Source: an uncultured Centipeda sp. | GTDB lineage: Bacteria; Bacillota; Negativicutes; Selenomonadales; Selenomonadaceae | Length of the DNA: 64,000 nt | Reading direction: 5' to 3' | Assembly: GCA_905372865.1 (NCBI GenBank) | Contig: CAJPQT010000016.1 | Location: 1,777 to 65,776, forward strand | Shown here: piece after piece, positions 1-8,507 of the stretch | Layout: the number at the start of each line of letters is the position of its first letter | How positions within the stretch are numbered: the first letter of the stretch is position 1 | Notes under the pieces: model-generated | The model's database searches: none | What the model was told of the DNA's origin: nothing | What the model saw: only the letters and a program-made list of their open reading frames with translations | Position numbers and translations under genes: made by a program

Positions 1-93
1 CGTCAACGAAATAATAATTATAAATATTATATTAAATATCGTTATGGAGAGGTGAGGGCTTTTGTCAAGCGAAAAATTTCAATGATTTGTCTT

Positions 94-133
94 TTGCAAA
101 GAATCATTAGCCATCTTCCACCATCCTGTGTTA
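94..133 (+). repeat. Copy A of the comM upstream/promoter segment, truncated before the -10 box
   Basis: The 26-nt string ttgcaaagaatcattagccatcttcc (94-119) is identical to 8222-8247. tgtgtta is shared up to 133, after which the sequence diverges. Confidence 0.7.
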
Positions 134-189
134 GGGGCGAGCGATGCGCCCGAGGAAGCGGAATCGCTCCACTTGGTTCTCAATCGTAA

Positions 190-247
190 TCTGACCTGCC
201 CCCAAAAAGTTAGACTTAGGAAAACCAACTTTTGGAGGTCAGGTCAG
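190..247. repeat. Imperfect palindrome with IS3-family-like TG...CA termini (possible solo-IR or MITE-like remnant)
   Basis: TGACCTGCCCCCAAAAAGTTAGAC ... AACTTTTGGAGGTCAGGTCA form inverted arms about 20 nt long. There is no ORF between them. Confidence 0.3.
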
Positions 248-341
248 ATAAGGAATGCTCCTCTTACATATTAAATTTTAGGAACTCAGACTTCGCAGAT
301 AAATAATGTGTTATACCCCTTGAAACAGCTGCCTTGCGGTC

Positions 342-375
342 AAAAAATGATCCTTTCGCGTTTGGGCGAGAGGAT
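342..375 (-). terminator. Intrinsic terminator of the ABC exporter operon
   Basis: 9-bp stem (351-359 with 366-374, one G-U pair) followed on the minus strand by a T-run (342-347), 17 nt after the stop codon. Confidence 0.5.
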
Positions 376-391
376 GCCTTTATGTCCGCGA

Positions 392-2158
392 TCATCCGAT
401 TTTGGACTGAGCTGTCGAAGATGACAGCCTCCACCCGACGGCTGTTCTGCGCGATGCGATGAAGTCGGCGTAGATGCCGTCCTTGGCGATCAGTTCTTCG
501 TGTGTTCCGCGCTGAACGATCCTGCCGTCTGCGACGACGAGGATCTGCGCGGCGTTCCGAACGGTGTTCAGCCGATGGGCGATCATGATGACGGTCTTGT
601 CCTGCGTCAGTGCTTCGATTGCCTGCTGCAGCCGATCCTCGTTCTCCGGATCGACGTTCGCTGTCGCCTCGTCAAAGATGATGATGGGCGCGTCCTTGAG
701 AATGGCACGGGCGATGGAGATGCGCTGCTTTTCGCCGCCCGAAAGGTTTGCGCCACCCTCGCCGACCATTGTTTCATACCCGTTCGGCAGTCTCATGATG
801 AAATCATGACACGCTGCCTTTTTTGCTGCCGCAATGACCTCTGCGCGGCTCGCCTGTGGTCGTCCGAAACGGATGTTGTTTTCGATAGTGTCATGGAAGA
901 GGTAGACGCGCTGAAAGACAATGCTGATCTGTGCCATCAGGGATGCAAGCGTATATTCATTGACATTGTGTTCGCCGATGGTAATTGTGCCGGCATCGAC
1001 ATCCCAGAACCGTGCAATGAGATGGCACAGCGTCGTCTTGCCGGAGCCGCTCGGTCCGACAATCGCCGTCAGACTGCGTTCGGGGATCTCTGCGGAAATG
1101 TCGCGGAGGAGCGGTCTTTCTCCGTAGGAAAAGGATATGCGGTCCAATGTGATATCATGATGCGTGGGGACAATATCTCTGCCGCTTTCATCGAGCTGTG
1201 GAATGGCATCTGTTTCGTTTGTCTCGTCGATGGAGGCGCATACGACGCGGAGCAAAGAGAGCGCACTGCCCGCAGATTCGAGCTGCTGATAGGCGATGAA
1301 GGAGAAGACAATGCACATAATCACATCGAGCAGGGACATTGTTCCTGTGCAATGTGCATAGAGTGCGGCGGCGATGATCAGGATGCTGAAAAAGCGCAGG
1401 GTGAGTTCCTGTGCAGCCACGTATGGGGTAAAGAGACGCTCCATCGAAAGGTTGGCTCGCTCGCTTTCGGCAAGCGCATCGCGCACCTGTCTATCGCCCT
1501 TGCCCGTGAGGTTGAATGCCTTGATGACGTGCATTCCGTGCAGCTGCTCAAGTACAGCCTCGACAAGCGATGCCTGTGCCGCCTGCCGTTTCGGTGCGAG
1601 CATGCGGGATTTTTCCTCCATGGTCGCTGTGACCCACAGATAGAGGGCGATGCCGACAATGAAGACGGCGCCGATGCGCCCATCGAAGACAAAGACCATC
1701 GGGATGAGGATGAGGGTATTCAGGAAGCCGGTCAGCGTGTTGACGAGAACCATGGAGGCAGTTTCCTCCACATCGCCCAGAACAGTTGTAGCGATGCCCG
1801 TGATCCGTCCGAGGCTGCTCTCGTTAAAATAGCCCATCGGGACGCGCTTGAGACGCTCTCCGATGGCGATGCGCTTGTTCGCCGCCATGAAGTAGCCCGC
1901 ATGGACACGCTGCAGTTGTGAGATATACTCGACTACGGATCTACCAAGGATGCTGACGGCGAGGATTACGAGTGCCTGCATCGCCGTATCCATGCCGTCC
2001 GCGTGCTCCATGAGTCCCTTCAGGACGACATAGAGTGCTGCAATTTGCAGGGCGTGGAATATGGCGTAGAGCGCACCGAGCAGCACTGAGCGGTTGAGAT
2101 TTTTTCGCTCGCTGCCCGCGAACGCCCAGATTTTTTTGAGTGCGTCAATCATTTGCAT
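392..2158 (-). CDS. ABC transporter, fused permease/ATP-binding subunit (type I exporter half-transporter)
   Basis: Six-TM N-terminal region. Walker A GPSGSGKTT, signature LSGGEKQRISIARA, Walker B IIIFDEATANVD, H-loop IAHRL. The start is placed at the internal MQMIDALKK, overlapping the upstream partner stop. The 630-aa track ORF has an implausible N-terminal extension. Confidence 0.85.
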   Translation of the reverse strand: MQMIDALKKIWAFAGSERKNLNRSVLLGALYAIFHALQIAALYVVLKGLMEHADGMDTAMQALVILAVSILGRSVVEYISQLQRVHAGYFMAANKRIAIGERLKRVPMGYFNESSLGRITGIATTVLGDVEETASMVLVNTLTGFLNTLILIPMVFVFDGRIGAVFIVGIALYLWVTATMEEKSRMLAPKRQAAQASLVEAVLEQLHGMHVIKAFNLTGKGDRQVRDALAESERANLSMERLFTPYVAAQELTLRFFSILIIAAALYAHCTGTMSLLDVIMCIVFSFIAYQQLESAGSALSLLRVVCASIDETNETDAIPQLDESGRDIVPTHHDITLDRISFSYGERPLLRDISAEIPERSLTAIVGPSGSGKTTLCHLIARFWDVDAGTITIGEHNVNEYTLASLMAQISIVFQRVYLFHDTIENNIRFGRPQASRAEVIAAAKKAACHDFIMRLPNGYETMVGEGGANLSGGEKQRISIARAILKDAPIIIFDEATANVDPENEDRLQQAIEALTQDKTVIMIAHRLNTVRNAAQILVVADGRIVQRGTHEELIAKDGIYADFIASRRTAVGWRLSSSTAQSKIG

Positions 2159-3890
2159 CACCGTCCTTTGCACTGATGTGTGCCTGCCACATGCTGCGGT
2201 ATTCCGTGCAGTCCGAAAGGAGCTGTGTGTGCGTTCCCGATGCTGCGACTGTGCCGCCCGCGATGAGAAAGATCGTATCCGCATCGGTGATGGTAGAGAG
2301 ACGATGCGCGATGATGATGACCGTCTTCCCGGCGATCAGCTGTGCGACAGCGCGCTGGATGACGGCCTCGTTCTCCGGGTCAATGTACGCCGTTGCCTCA
2401 TCGAGGATGACAATGGGGGCGTCCTTCAACATCGCGCGTGCGATCGCGATACGCTGGCGCTCGCCGCCCGAGAGATGGCTGCCGCCGCTGCCGACAAGGG
2501 TATCGTAGCCTTGCTCTAGCTTCTGAATAAACTTCGCACAGCCCGAAAGCTCTGCCGCGTGCTCGACCTGTGCATCGGTCGCCGATGTTTTGCCGAGACG
2601 GATGTTCTCTCGGATCGTGTCGTCAAAGAGATAGGTATCTTGTGCGACAAAGGAAACCAGATCATAGAGCTGTGTGAGCGGGATATCTTTCAGATCGTGT
2701 CCGCCGATGCGGATTGTGCCGTCTTGTACGTCCCAGTATCCAGCGATGAGACGGGCGAGTGTCGATTTCCCGCTGCCGCTTGCACCGACAAATGCGTTCA
2801 GCGTGCCGCTCGGGATCGTGAGACAGATATCGTCTAGGACGTTGTTCGTTCCGTCGTAAGCAAAGGAGACATGCTCCACCGAGATGTTCGTCGTCTCAAC
2901 GGGAATCGGCGTCGTCGCATGGTGCTGCTCCTCAGCAGAGAGAATGGAATCGACAGCACTGACGGTTGTGCCGACCTTTGCGAGTGCATCGATAAAGGAC
3001 ATTGAGGCGAGCAGCGGACCCGCGATCCCGAGGGAGAGGATGATCGTCTGGATAAAGACATCCATCGGAAGAGTACCGTCTTGATACCAGAGCCAGCCCA
3101 CAGGCAGGATCGTAATGAGCGTGGTCGGGGATACCACCTTGTCGACGGACATTGGCAGTTGGCAGTGCAGCATCCAGTGATAGTAGTACGAGGCATTTGC
3201 GCGAACCTTTTCCGAGAACTTTTCATAGGACGCTGCACCTTGGTTGAATGCCTTGATGACCTCGATGCCGCCGATGTACTCGACAACGGCGGCGTTCATC
3301 TCGTCCGTTGTCCGCACCGCCCCTTCGTATTTTTCCTCGTAGTCGCGCATGACGATCGCCATAAAGACCATGCCGACGGGAATCGAGACGAGAGAGAGCA
3401 GCGCCATGCGCCAGTCGAGGATGAGCAAATAGATGAAGATGCACAAGGGGCCAAATGTATTTGCTGTCATCTCCGGCCATAGGTGCGCAATCGTGCGCTC
3501 CATGCTCTCGACCTGATCGACAATCGTGTGCTTCATCGCACCGCTTGCGTGATCGATCACGACACCGAGCGGGAGTTTTGGCAGCTTCTCGAGGACGCGC
3601 GTGCGGATGTTGCGTAGTACAGCGAATGCCGCGCGATGCGACAGCGCAAGAGCCTGTGCATATAGGATGCTGCGTAGGGCATAGCCGACGAAGGCAGTAA
3701 GGCATAGGATGAGATAGAAGCGCGGCTCCACTGCGCCAAAGAGGAGTGCTGTAATCATCTCTGCCGCCGCCCAGTAGGGAACAATCCCCGCGAGTACGCC
3801 GAGTGCCGCAAGTGCAATCGCCATGCGCAGCCGCCCATGCTCCGCAGCGGCGAGTTGCCAGAGTCGCCGCATAGGGCTTGTGTTTTCCAT
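2145..3890 (-). CDS. ABC transporter, fused permease/ATP-binding subunit (partner of 392-2158)
   Basis: Walker A GASGSGKST, signature LSGGERQRIAIARA, Walker B IVILDEATAYID. Start at MENTSPMRR, preceded by GGAGG 7 nt upstream. Confidence 0.85.
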   Translation of the reverse strand: MENTSPMRRLWQLAAAEHGRLRMAIALAALGVLAGIVPYWAAAEMITALLFGAVEPRFYLILCLTAFVGYALRSILYAQALALSHRAAFAVLRNIRTRVLEKLPKLPLGVVIDHASGAMKHTIVDQVESMERTIAHLWPEMTANTFGPLCIFIYLLILDWRMALLSLVSIPVGMVFMAIVMRDYEEKYEGAVRTTDEMNAAVVEYIGGIEVIKAFNQGAASYEKFSEKVRANASYYYHWMLHCQLPMSVDKVVSPTTLITILPVGWLWYQDGTLPMDVFIQTIILSLGIAGPLLASMSFIDALAKVGTTVSAVDSILSAEEQHHATTPIPVETTNISVEHVSFAYDGTNNVLDDICLTIPSGTLNAFVGASGSGKSTLARLIAGYWDVQDGTIRIGGHDLKDIPLTQLYDLVSFVAQDTYLFDDTIRENIRLGKTSATDAQVEHAAELSGCAKFIQKLEQGYDTLVGSGGSHLSGGERQRIAIARAMLKDAPIVILDEATAYIDPENEAVIQRAVAQLIAGKTVIIIAHRLSTITDADTIFLIAGGTVAASGTHTQLLSDCTEYRSMWQAHISAKDGDAND

Positions 3891-3966
3891 AAGAAAACCT
3901 CCATAATCAACGCGATTGGATTTTGTTATCAATTATAAGGTGATATGAAATTTGTGGCAAGCGGAA

Positions 3967-4311
3967 AAGTTCTGAAAGCCGCGAAAACTCCGTCTCGTTA
4001 TTCGTCGTAATCGTCTCAAAAAGCTCTTCGAATGAGGCACCAAACTCTTCTTGGATGGAGTGCAGTGCCTCCACGACCGAACTGCTCTTTTTGTCCTTCA
4101 CCGTGCGCAAACCGAGAAACCGGCTCTTGCGCTCAGCAATGGCAAGAAGAGCTTCCTTCCCCCTACATCCACCAAGCATGAGGTCGGTTTCCCAATGTCG
4201 GAAGGTTGTACGTGTCATAACACACGGATCACGATCATCAATGCTATGCCCATCGATGCTTGCTTGTATTGCAACGCGGCGGTGTCTTTGCTTTCGTCTG
4301 GTACGCTCCGG
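3967..4311 (-). pseudogene. IS30-family transposase fragment (central part only)
   Basis: The translation ...SIDDRDPCVMTRTTFRHWETDLMLGG..ALLAIAERKSRF...ITTNNETEF matches the IS30 HWEGDLI / LVERKTR / DNGxEF pattern. The N-terminal HTH and the C-terminal catalytic residues are missing. Confidence 0.6.
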
Positions 4312-4443
4312 CACTCCGTGAGGGCTTTTTTGATGGAGGTGAAGCGGTGCCGCCCAGAAAGCCAAAGCGTCCCTGGCGCATGACGGGGCTGTCCGAATCT
4401 TACCGACAGAAAAAGCTGTTACTGCGAGGCGCACGAGAAAACA

Positions 4444-4704
4444 ATGCAGCAACACTACGAGAACTTTACGCGCGGCTACGATCAGCATGAGAGATACGTC
4501 AATGCATGGCGCAGGATTCGTGACCGTCACTTGGTAGGGAGCCCTCTCTGTGAGATGTGCAAAGAGCGTGAGAGATACGTTCGCTCAACACTTGTGCATC
4601 ACATCCGATCTCTCGCCGATGGCGGCACATATGATGAGAGCAATTTGATGTCGCTCAGCATCTCCTGTCATGAACAGATTCACCAAAGAAAAAAGCCGTC
4701 CTAA
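4444..4704 (+). CDS. Small phage-type HNH endonuclease (possibly 5'-truncated or frameshifted)
   Basis: WRRIRDRHLVGSPLCEMCKERERYV..LVHHIRSLADGG...NLMSLSISCHEQIH fits the HNH motif. An upstream out-of-frame stretch PRKPKRPW resembles the usual N-terminus of this family. Confidence 0.65.
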   Translation: MQQHYENFTRGYDQHERYVNAWRRIRDRHLVGSPLCEMCKERERYVRSTLVHHIRSLADGGTYDESNLMSLSISCHEQIHQRKKPS

Positions 4705-4713
4705 ATGGACAGC

Positions 4714-4995
4714 TCATTCATCGAATATATCTGCATGAGTTCCAGTTTCGACAAGAGTCAAGGTTAGGATGTCATTTTCAACAAGGTAAACCAATAGCCA
4801 ATCCGATTGAATATGGCACTCGCGAAATCCCTCCCAATTGCCATGAAGTGCATGGTCACGGTATTTGGGATCTAGCTTGTGCCCCTGTCCCAATGCTTCG
4901 ACAACATCATCCAGTAGCTTGAGATTCAAGCCACGTTTCTTGGCACACTTGTAACTTTTCTTATAAGCGTTGGTGAACTTGATGTGATAGGTCAT
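4714..4995 (-). CDS. yafQ: Type II toxin, YafQ/RelE family mRNA interferase
   Basis: KYRDHALHGNWEGFRECHIQSDWLLVY...ETGTHADIF is collinear with E. coli YafQ. It overlaps the antitoxin stop by 4 nt. Confidence 0.85.
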   Translation of the reverse strand: MTYHIKFTNAYKKSYKCAKKRGLNLKLLDDVVEALGQGHKLDPKYRDHALHGNWEGFRECHIQSDWLLVYLVENDILTLTLVETGTHADIFDE

Positions 4996-5264
4996 TCTTC
5001 CAATGCCCTCTTCAAGTCGTCCATGTTGTCATAGCTGGGGACGTTTGGGTCGCGGGAGATTTTTCTTGCTTCTTCCATAGCTGCCAAGGCGCTTTGCTTA
5101 TAATGGGGCATTTCGATAGAAAATGGGATACCTCCACGAAGAACGCACTGATGCAGAAACATATTAACTGCACCGGACATATCCAAGCCAAGCCCAGAGA
5201 ACAACGCGCCGGCCTGTTCTTTTATGTTCCGGTCAATTCTTATTTGGGTAGGAACCGTTGACAT
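4992..5264 (-). CDS. dinJ: Type II antitoxin, DinJ/RelB family
   Basis: The ribbon-helix-helix N-terminus TQIRIDRNIKEQAGALFSGLGLDMSGAVNMFL matches DinJ. ATG at 5264 lies 10 nt after GGAG. Confidence 0.8.
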   Translation of the reverse strand: MSTVPTQIRIDRNIKEQAGALFSGLGLDMSGAVNMFLHQCVLRGGIPFSIEMPHYKQSALAAMEEARKISRDPNVPSYDNMDDLKRALEE

Positions 5265-5292
5265 AATAACCACACTCCTTTCTTTTAGAAAC

Positions 5293-5321
5293 AGTATAGC
5301 TTGTTTGGTTTACGATGTAAA
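5293..5321 (-). promoter_or_regulatory. Sigma-70-type promoter of dinJ-yafQ
   Basis: On the minus strand, TTTACA (5321-5316), a 17-nt spacer, then TATACT (5298-5293). Confidence 0.45.
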
Positions 5322-5458
5322 GCAAAAAAGCACTTGTGACTAGAGAGGGGGGGGCAAATCTCTAAAACTGCGTCATTACTGGACCGGGGAGGGGGCGCAC
5401 GCACAAAAACGTCGGTTCAAAGGGGGGATTAAAGGAATGGGGGGCAAGAAGATGGCGC

Positions 5459-6226
5459 GTGACGCTACAAGGCGAGATTCCGCAGTACTATGTGGAGGAG
5501 CACCACGAGCCGATTATCTCGCCGGACTTATTCGATTTTGTGCAATCGGAGATAAAGCATAGAGAGCAGAACGGCAAGCACAGCGGCGTGAGCATCTTCG
5601 CGAACAAAATCAAATGCGGCTGCTGCGACGGTTGGTGCGGGGCGAAGGTGTGGCATTCGACGGACAAGTACCGCAGGGTGATCTATTGCTGCAACAAGAA
5701 ATATGCCCACAAAGGGAAGCCGTGCAGCACACGGCATTTGACGGGAGAGGAGATCAAACAGACTTTCGTCAAGGCACTGAATTCCTTGGTGGAAGTCAAA
5801 GAGAACGTGATTGCAGAACTCCGAACTCTGATAGACAGCATTTGTCAGACGGAGGAGCTGCCGGAGGAGCGGGATAAAGTAGAGCAGGAACTCGGTGTTT
5901 TGGCAGAACGTCTTGAAACACTGATTTATGAGAATGCACGGGTGGCACAGGATCAGACGGCATATCTGAAACAGGAAAATGAGATTCGCGCACTCTATGT
6001 GGAAAAGCAGGAGGATATGGAGAAGTTGGACGAGCAAATTGCCGAGAGGGAGCGCAAGAGAAACACCTTGGAGGGCATGATTCATGCGCTCTGTGGTATT
6101 AACGGGGCGCAGGTTGTGTTCGATGAGGCGTTATGGTGCGGGCTGCTCGATCACATTATAGTCAAGGAGTATGGTGCGATAGTTGTTGTTTTCAAGGGTG
6201 GGATTGAGATTGGTGTTGATGGATGA
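5459..6226 (+). pseudogene. Large serine recombinase, C-terminal fragment (zinc ribbon plus coiled coil); catalytic resolvase domain absent
   Basis: YYVEEHHEPIISPDLFDFVQ, the Cys-rich KCGCCDGWCG...YCCNKKY...CSTRH, a long coiled coil, and the tail VVVFKGGIEIGVDG. There is no N-terminal Ser-recombinase domain and no convincing start or RBS. Confidence 0.75.
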
Positions 6227-6275
6227 AGTATGTCTGCATGTTACGTAGACTGCATAGAATGGTTCTGTTCATCAG

Positions 6276-7187
6276 TTACCATATGATACGATCCTTTCTT
6301 GTTTTTTTCAGCCAATCCAAGAGGAATTGACGGAATGTACGCGCCGCTTCGGTGAGGATGACGGTCTTGTCCTGTATGAGGCATACCTCCTGCCCCGCAT
6401 CTTTTCCGTCGCCAAGTTCTCGCATGACAATGTCCGGCTGTCTGTTCATGACGGCTGCGTAGTCGTAGCCGAGATTGATCGCAGGATTATGACGCAGCAG
6501 ATCAACAATGAGGGATTCATCGGCAGTTTCGGCTAGAATCTCGATTTTGAGACCTGGCAGGAGGATGTGTTTGTCGATATTATGACGGAAACAGTGATAG
6601 GCGCGTCCTTTACTGATGATCATTTGCCCGTCGAGATCTGTGTAGGTGATACGGCTCTTTTCTGCCAAGGGATGATGCGCAGAGAGACGAGCACAGTAGC
6701 GGGAGAAAAAGAGTGTGTCCCCTTGAAAGCGTGTCTGATCAAAAGGGGCGGTGACAATGGAAAAATGACATCGCTTTGTCAGAAGTCCCTCCATTGCATC
6801 GTCGTCCGTTGTATCGACAATGCTCAAAATAATGCTCGGATGGGCGGCATGAAAATCCTGTAGAAATTGCGATCCAAGATAAGAAAAGACGTGATCCAGT
6901 GCAAAAATGGTAACGACACTTTTTGAATGGGTGGCGAGGGATTTCATGCTTTCGATGGATTGATATTCATCCAGCATACGTTGAACGTGGGGCAGTAGCG
7001 CTGCTGCATAATCGGTCGGAATGATTCCTCGTGGGGTACGGGTGAAAAGCGGCTGCCCAAGCTCCGCCTCCAATGATCTCATCGCTCTGCTGAGACCTTG
7101 TCTTGCAACATAAAGATGATCTGCTGCCGTCTGGATATTGCCGCAGCGATAGACCTCAATGAAATACTCCATCTGTTTTCGATTCAT
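6276..7187 (-). CDS. LysR-family transcriptional regulator
   Basis: N-terminal HTH MNRKQMEYFIEVYRCGNIQTAADHLYVARQGLSRAMRSLE plus a substrate-binding domain. Start at the third ATG, 7 nt after GGGAGG. Confidence 0.85.
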   Translation of the reverse strand: MNRKQMEYFIEVYRCGNIQTAADHLYVARQGLSRAMRSLEAELGQPLFTRTPRGIIPTDYAAALLPHVQRMLDEYQSIESMKSLATHSKSVVTIFALDHVFSYLGSQFLQDFHAAHPSIILSIVDTTDDDAMEGLLTKRCHFSIVTAPFDQTRFQGDTLFFSRYCARLSAHHPLAEKSRITYTDLDGQMIISKGRAYHCFRHNIDKHILLPGLKIEILAETADESLIVDLLRHNPAINLGYDYAAVMNRQPDIVMRELGDGKDAGQEVCLIQDKTVILTEAARTFRQFLLDWLKKTRKDRIIW

Positions 7188-7333
7188 CTTCATACCTCCC
7201 AGCTTTTTCATCGTTATCTATTTTACCGCAACAATATTGTTTCGGCAAGCCCCGTTGTTTTTCTTGTTATCATTTGGGAAGTTCGATATACTGCTGAAAC
7301 AGATCAACCAAATGATGAACAGGAGGAACACTT

Positions 7334-8146
7334 ATGAAACTCACACAGATTCGCAATGCAACGAACCGTTTGGATTATGCGGGGAAAGTCTTTCTGATTG
7401 ATCCGTGGCTTGCACCGAAACACCAGATGTCATTTGTCGATATTCCGGACATGCCGTTCCACATCCCCGATCCGATGAAGGAGCATCTTCCGATGCCGTT
7501 CTATAATTTGCCGATGGATATGGGGCAGATTTTGAGCGGTGTCGACTACTACATCGTTACGCATCTGCATCCCGATCATATTGATATGGCACCGGACGGG
7601 ACGGTCGGTGCGCCGCTTGATAAGGCGGTTCCAGTCATCTGTCAGTCAGAGGAGGATGCCTCTGTTCTGCGGAGTTCCGGGTTTTCAGAGGTAATCGTCC
7701 TGCCGACAAGCGGTATGGAGTTCGGTGCGGCGAGACTGACCCGCGTCCCTGCCCTGCACGGCACCGTTGTTCCGTGCGGTGACGCGATGGGGATTGTGTT
7801 TGAGGCACCAGAGGAGAACATCTTCTATTTGGCAGGGGATACGGTCTGGTATTCCGGCGTAGCTGAGACACTGCGGAACTATCAGCCTGAGGTGATTGCC
7901 CTGAACTGTTGTGCCGCAGAGACCGTGGAAAATGGACGCCTCATCATGAACGATGAGGATGTTCACTGCGTTGCAATGACTGCGCCTAACGCCCGTCTTT
8001 ATCTGACGCACTTGGACAATGTCGCACATGCTGCGCTTACGAGGCATACACTGCGAGGTTGTTTGGCACGTCGCGGCGTGGTGAATTATGATATGCCGTC
8101 CGATGGTGCGTCGGTTGAATATAAAGCCGCAACAGTCGGAGCTTAA
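7334..8146 (+). CDS. MBL-fold metallo-hydrolase
   Basis: HLHPDH (HxHxDH) motif. It is divergent from the LysR gene. Confidence 0.75.
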   Translation: MKLTQIRNATNRLDYAGKVFLIDPWLAPKHQMSFVDIPDMPFHIPDPMKEHLPMPFYNLPMDMGQILSGVDYYIVTHLHPDHIDMAPDGTVGAPLDKAVPVICQSEEDASVLRSSGFSEVIVLPTSGMEFGAARLTRVPALHGTVVPCGDAMGIVFEAPEENIFYLAGDTVWYSGVAETLRNYQPEVIALNCCAAETVENGRLIMNDEDVHCVAMTAPNARLYLTHLDNVAHAALTRHTLRGCLARRGVVNYDMPSDGASVEYKAATVGA

Positions 8147-8177
8147 TTCCTGTCATACGGTAAATTCCGCACACAAA

Positions 8178-8220
8178 AGAGATTCCATTCGCCCCACTTA
8201 GCGCCTGGAATCTCTTTTTT
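8178..8220 (+). terminator. Intrinsic terminator (copy 1 of a duplicated hairpin)
   Basis: AGAGATTCCA, an 18-nt loop, TGGAATCTCT, then a T-run. The same stem recurs at 10031-10073 with only two loop differences. Confidence 0.6.
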
Positions 8221-8298
8221 GTTGCAAAGAATCATTAGCCATCTTCCCCTCTCTTGTGTTATAATTCTCTTATATTTGAAACGTAGGAGGGAAGGCCG

Positions 8299-8469
8299 TT
8301 GTTTGCAAAGACCTATGGCGCGACGACCCTCGGGATTGACGGACGGATCATCGACGTTGAGGTGGATGTGTCACCGGGGCTGCCGGGCTTTGAGTTGGTC
8401 GGGCTTCCCGATACGTCGGTGAAGGAATTAACGATGTTCGTAAGAGCGTGGTATTATTTCTATAAATAA
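8299..8469 (+). pseudogene. Copy B: comM/yifB 5' fragment (first ~43 codons, then unrelated tail) with its own promoter and RBS
   Basis: Extended -10 TGtTATAAT at 8257-8265, RBS AGGAGGG, TTG start, then MFAKTYGATTLGIDGRIIDVEVDVSPGLPGFELVGLPDTSVKE. About 90% nucleotide similarity by eye to 12516-12645. Homology stops at about 8426. Confidence 0.8.
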
Positions 8470-8507
8470 CGAACATCCTAATGATAGAGACCGAAGGAGC
8501 TGTTTGT

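Noticed and set aside
500-1921. 473-aa ORF on the plus strand, antisense to the ABC transporter.
   Set aside because: It has no RBS and no recognisable motifs, with an Arg/Cys/Asp-rich composition. It lies entirely within a well-supported gene on the other strand, which is a typical GC-bias antisense ORF.
4312-4530. N-terminal 70 residues of the 207-aa minus-strand ORF containing the IS30 fragment.
   Set aside because: This part has no transposase similarity and overlaps the HNH gene on the other strand. Only about 3967-4311 looks IS30-derived.
8219-8422. 67-aa ORF across comM copy B.
   Set aside because: It is out of frame relative to the clearly homologous ComM reading frame. It is an artefact of the repeat.
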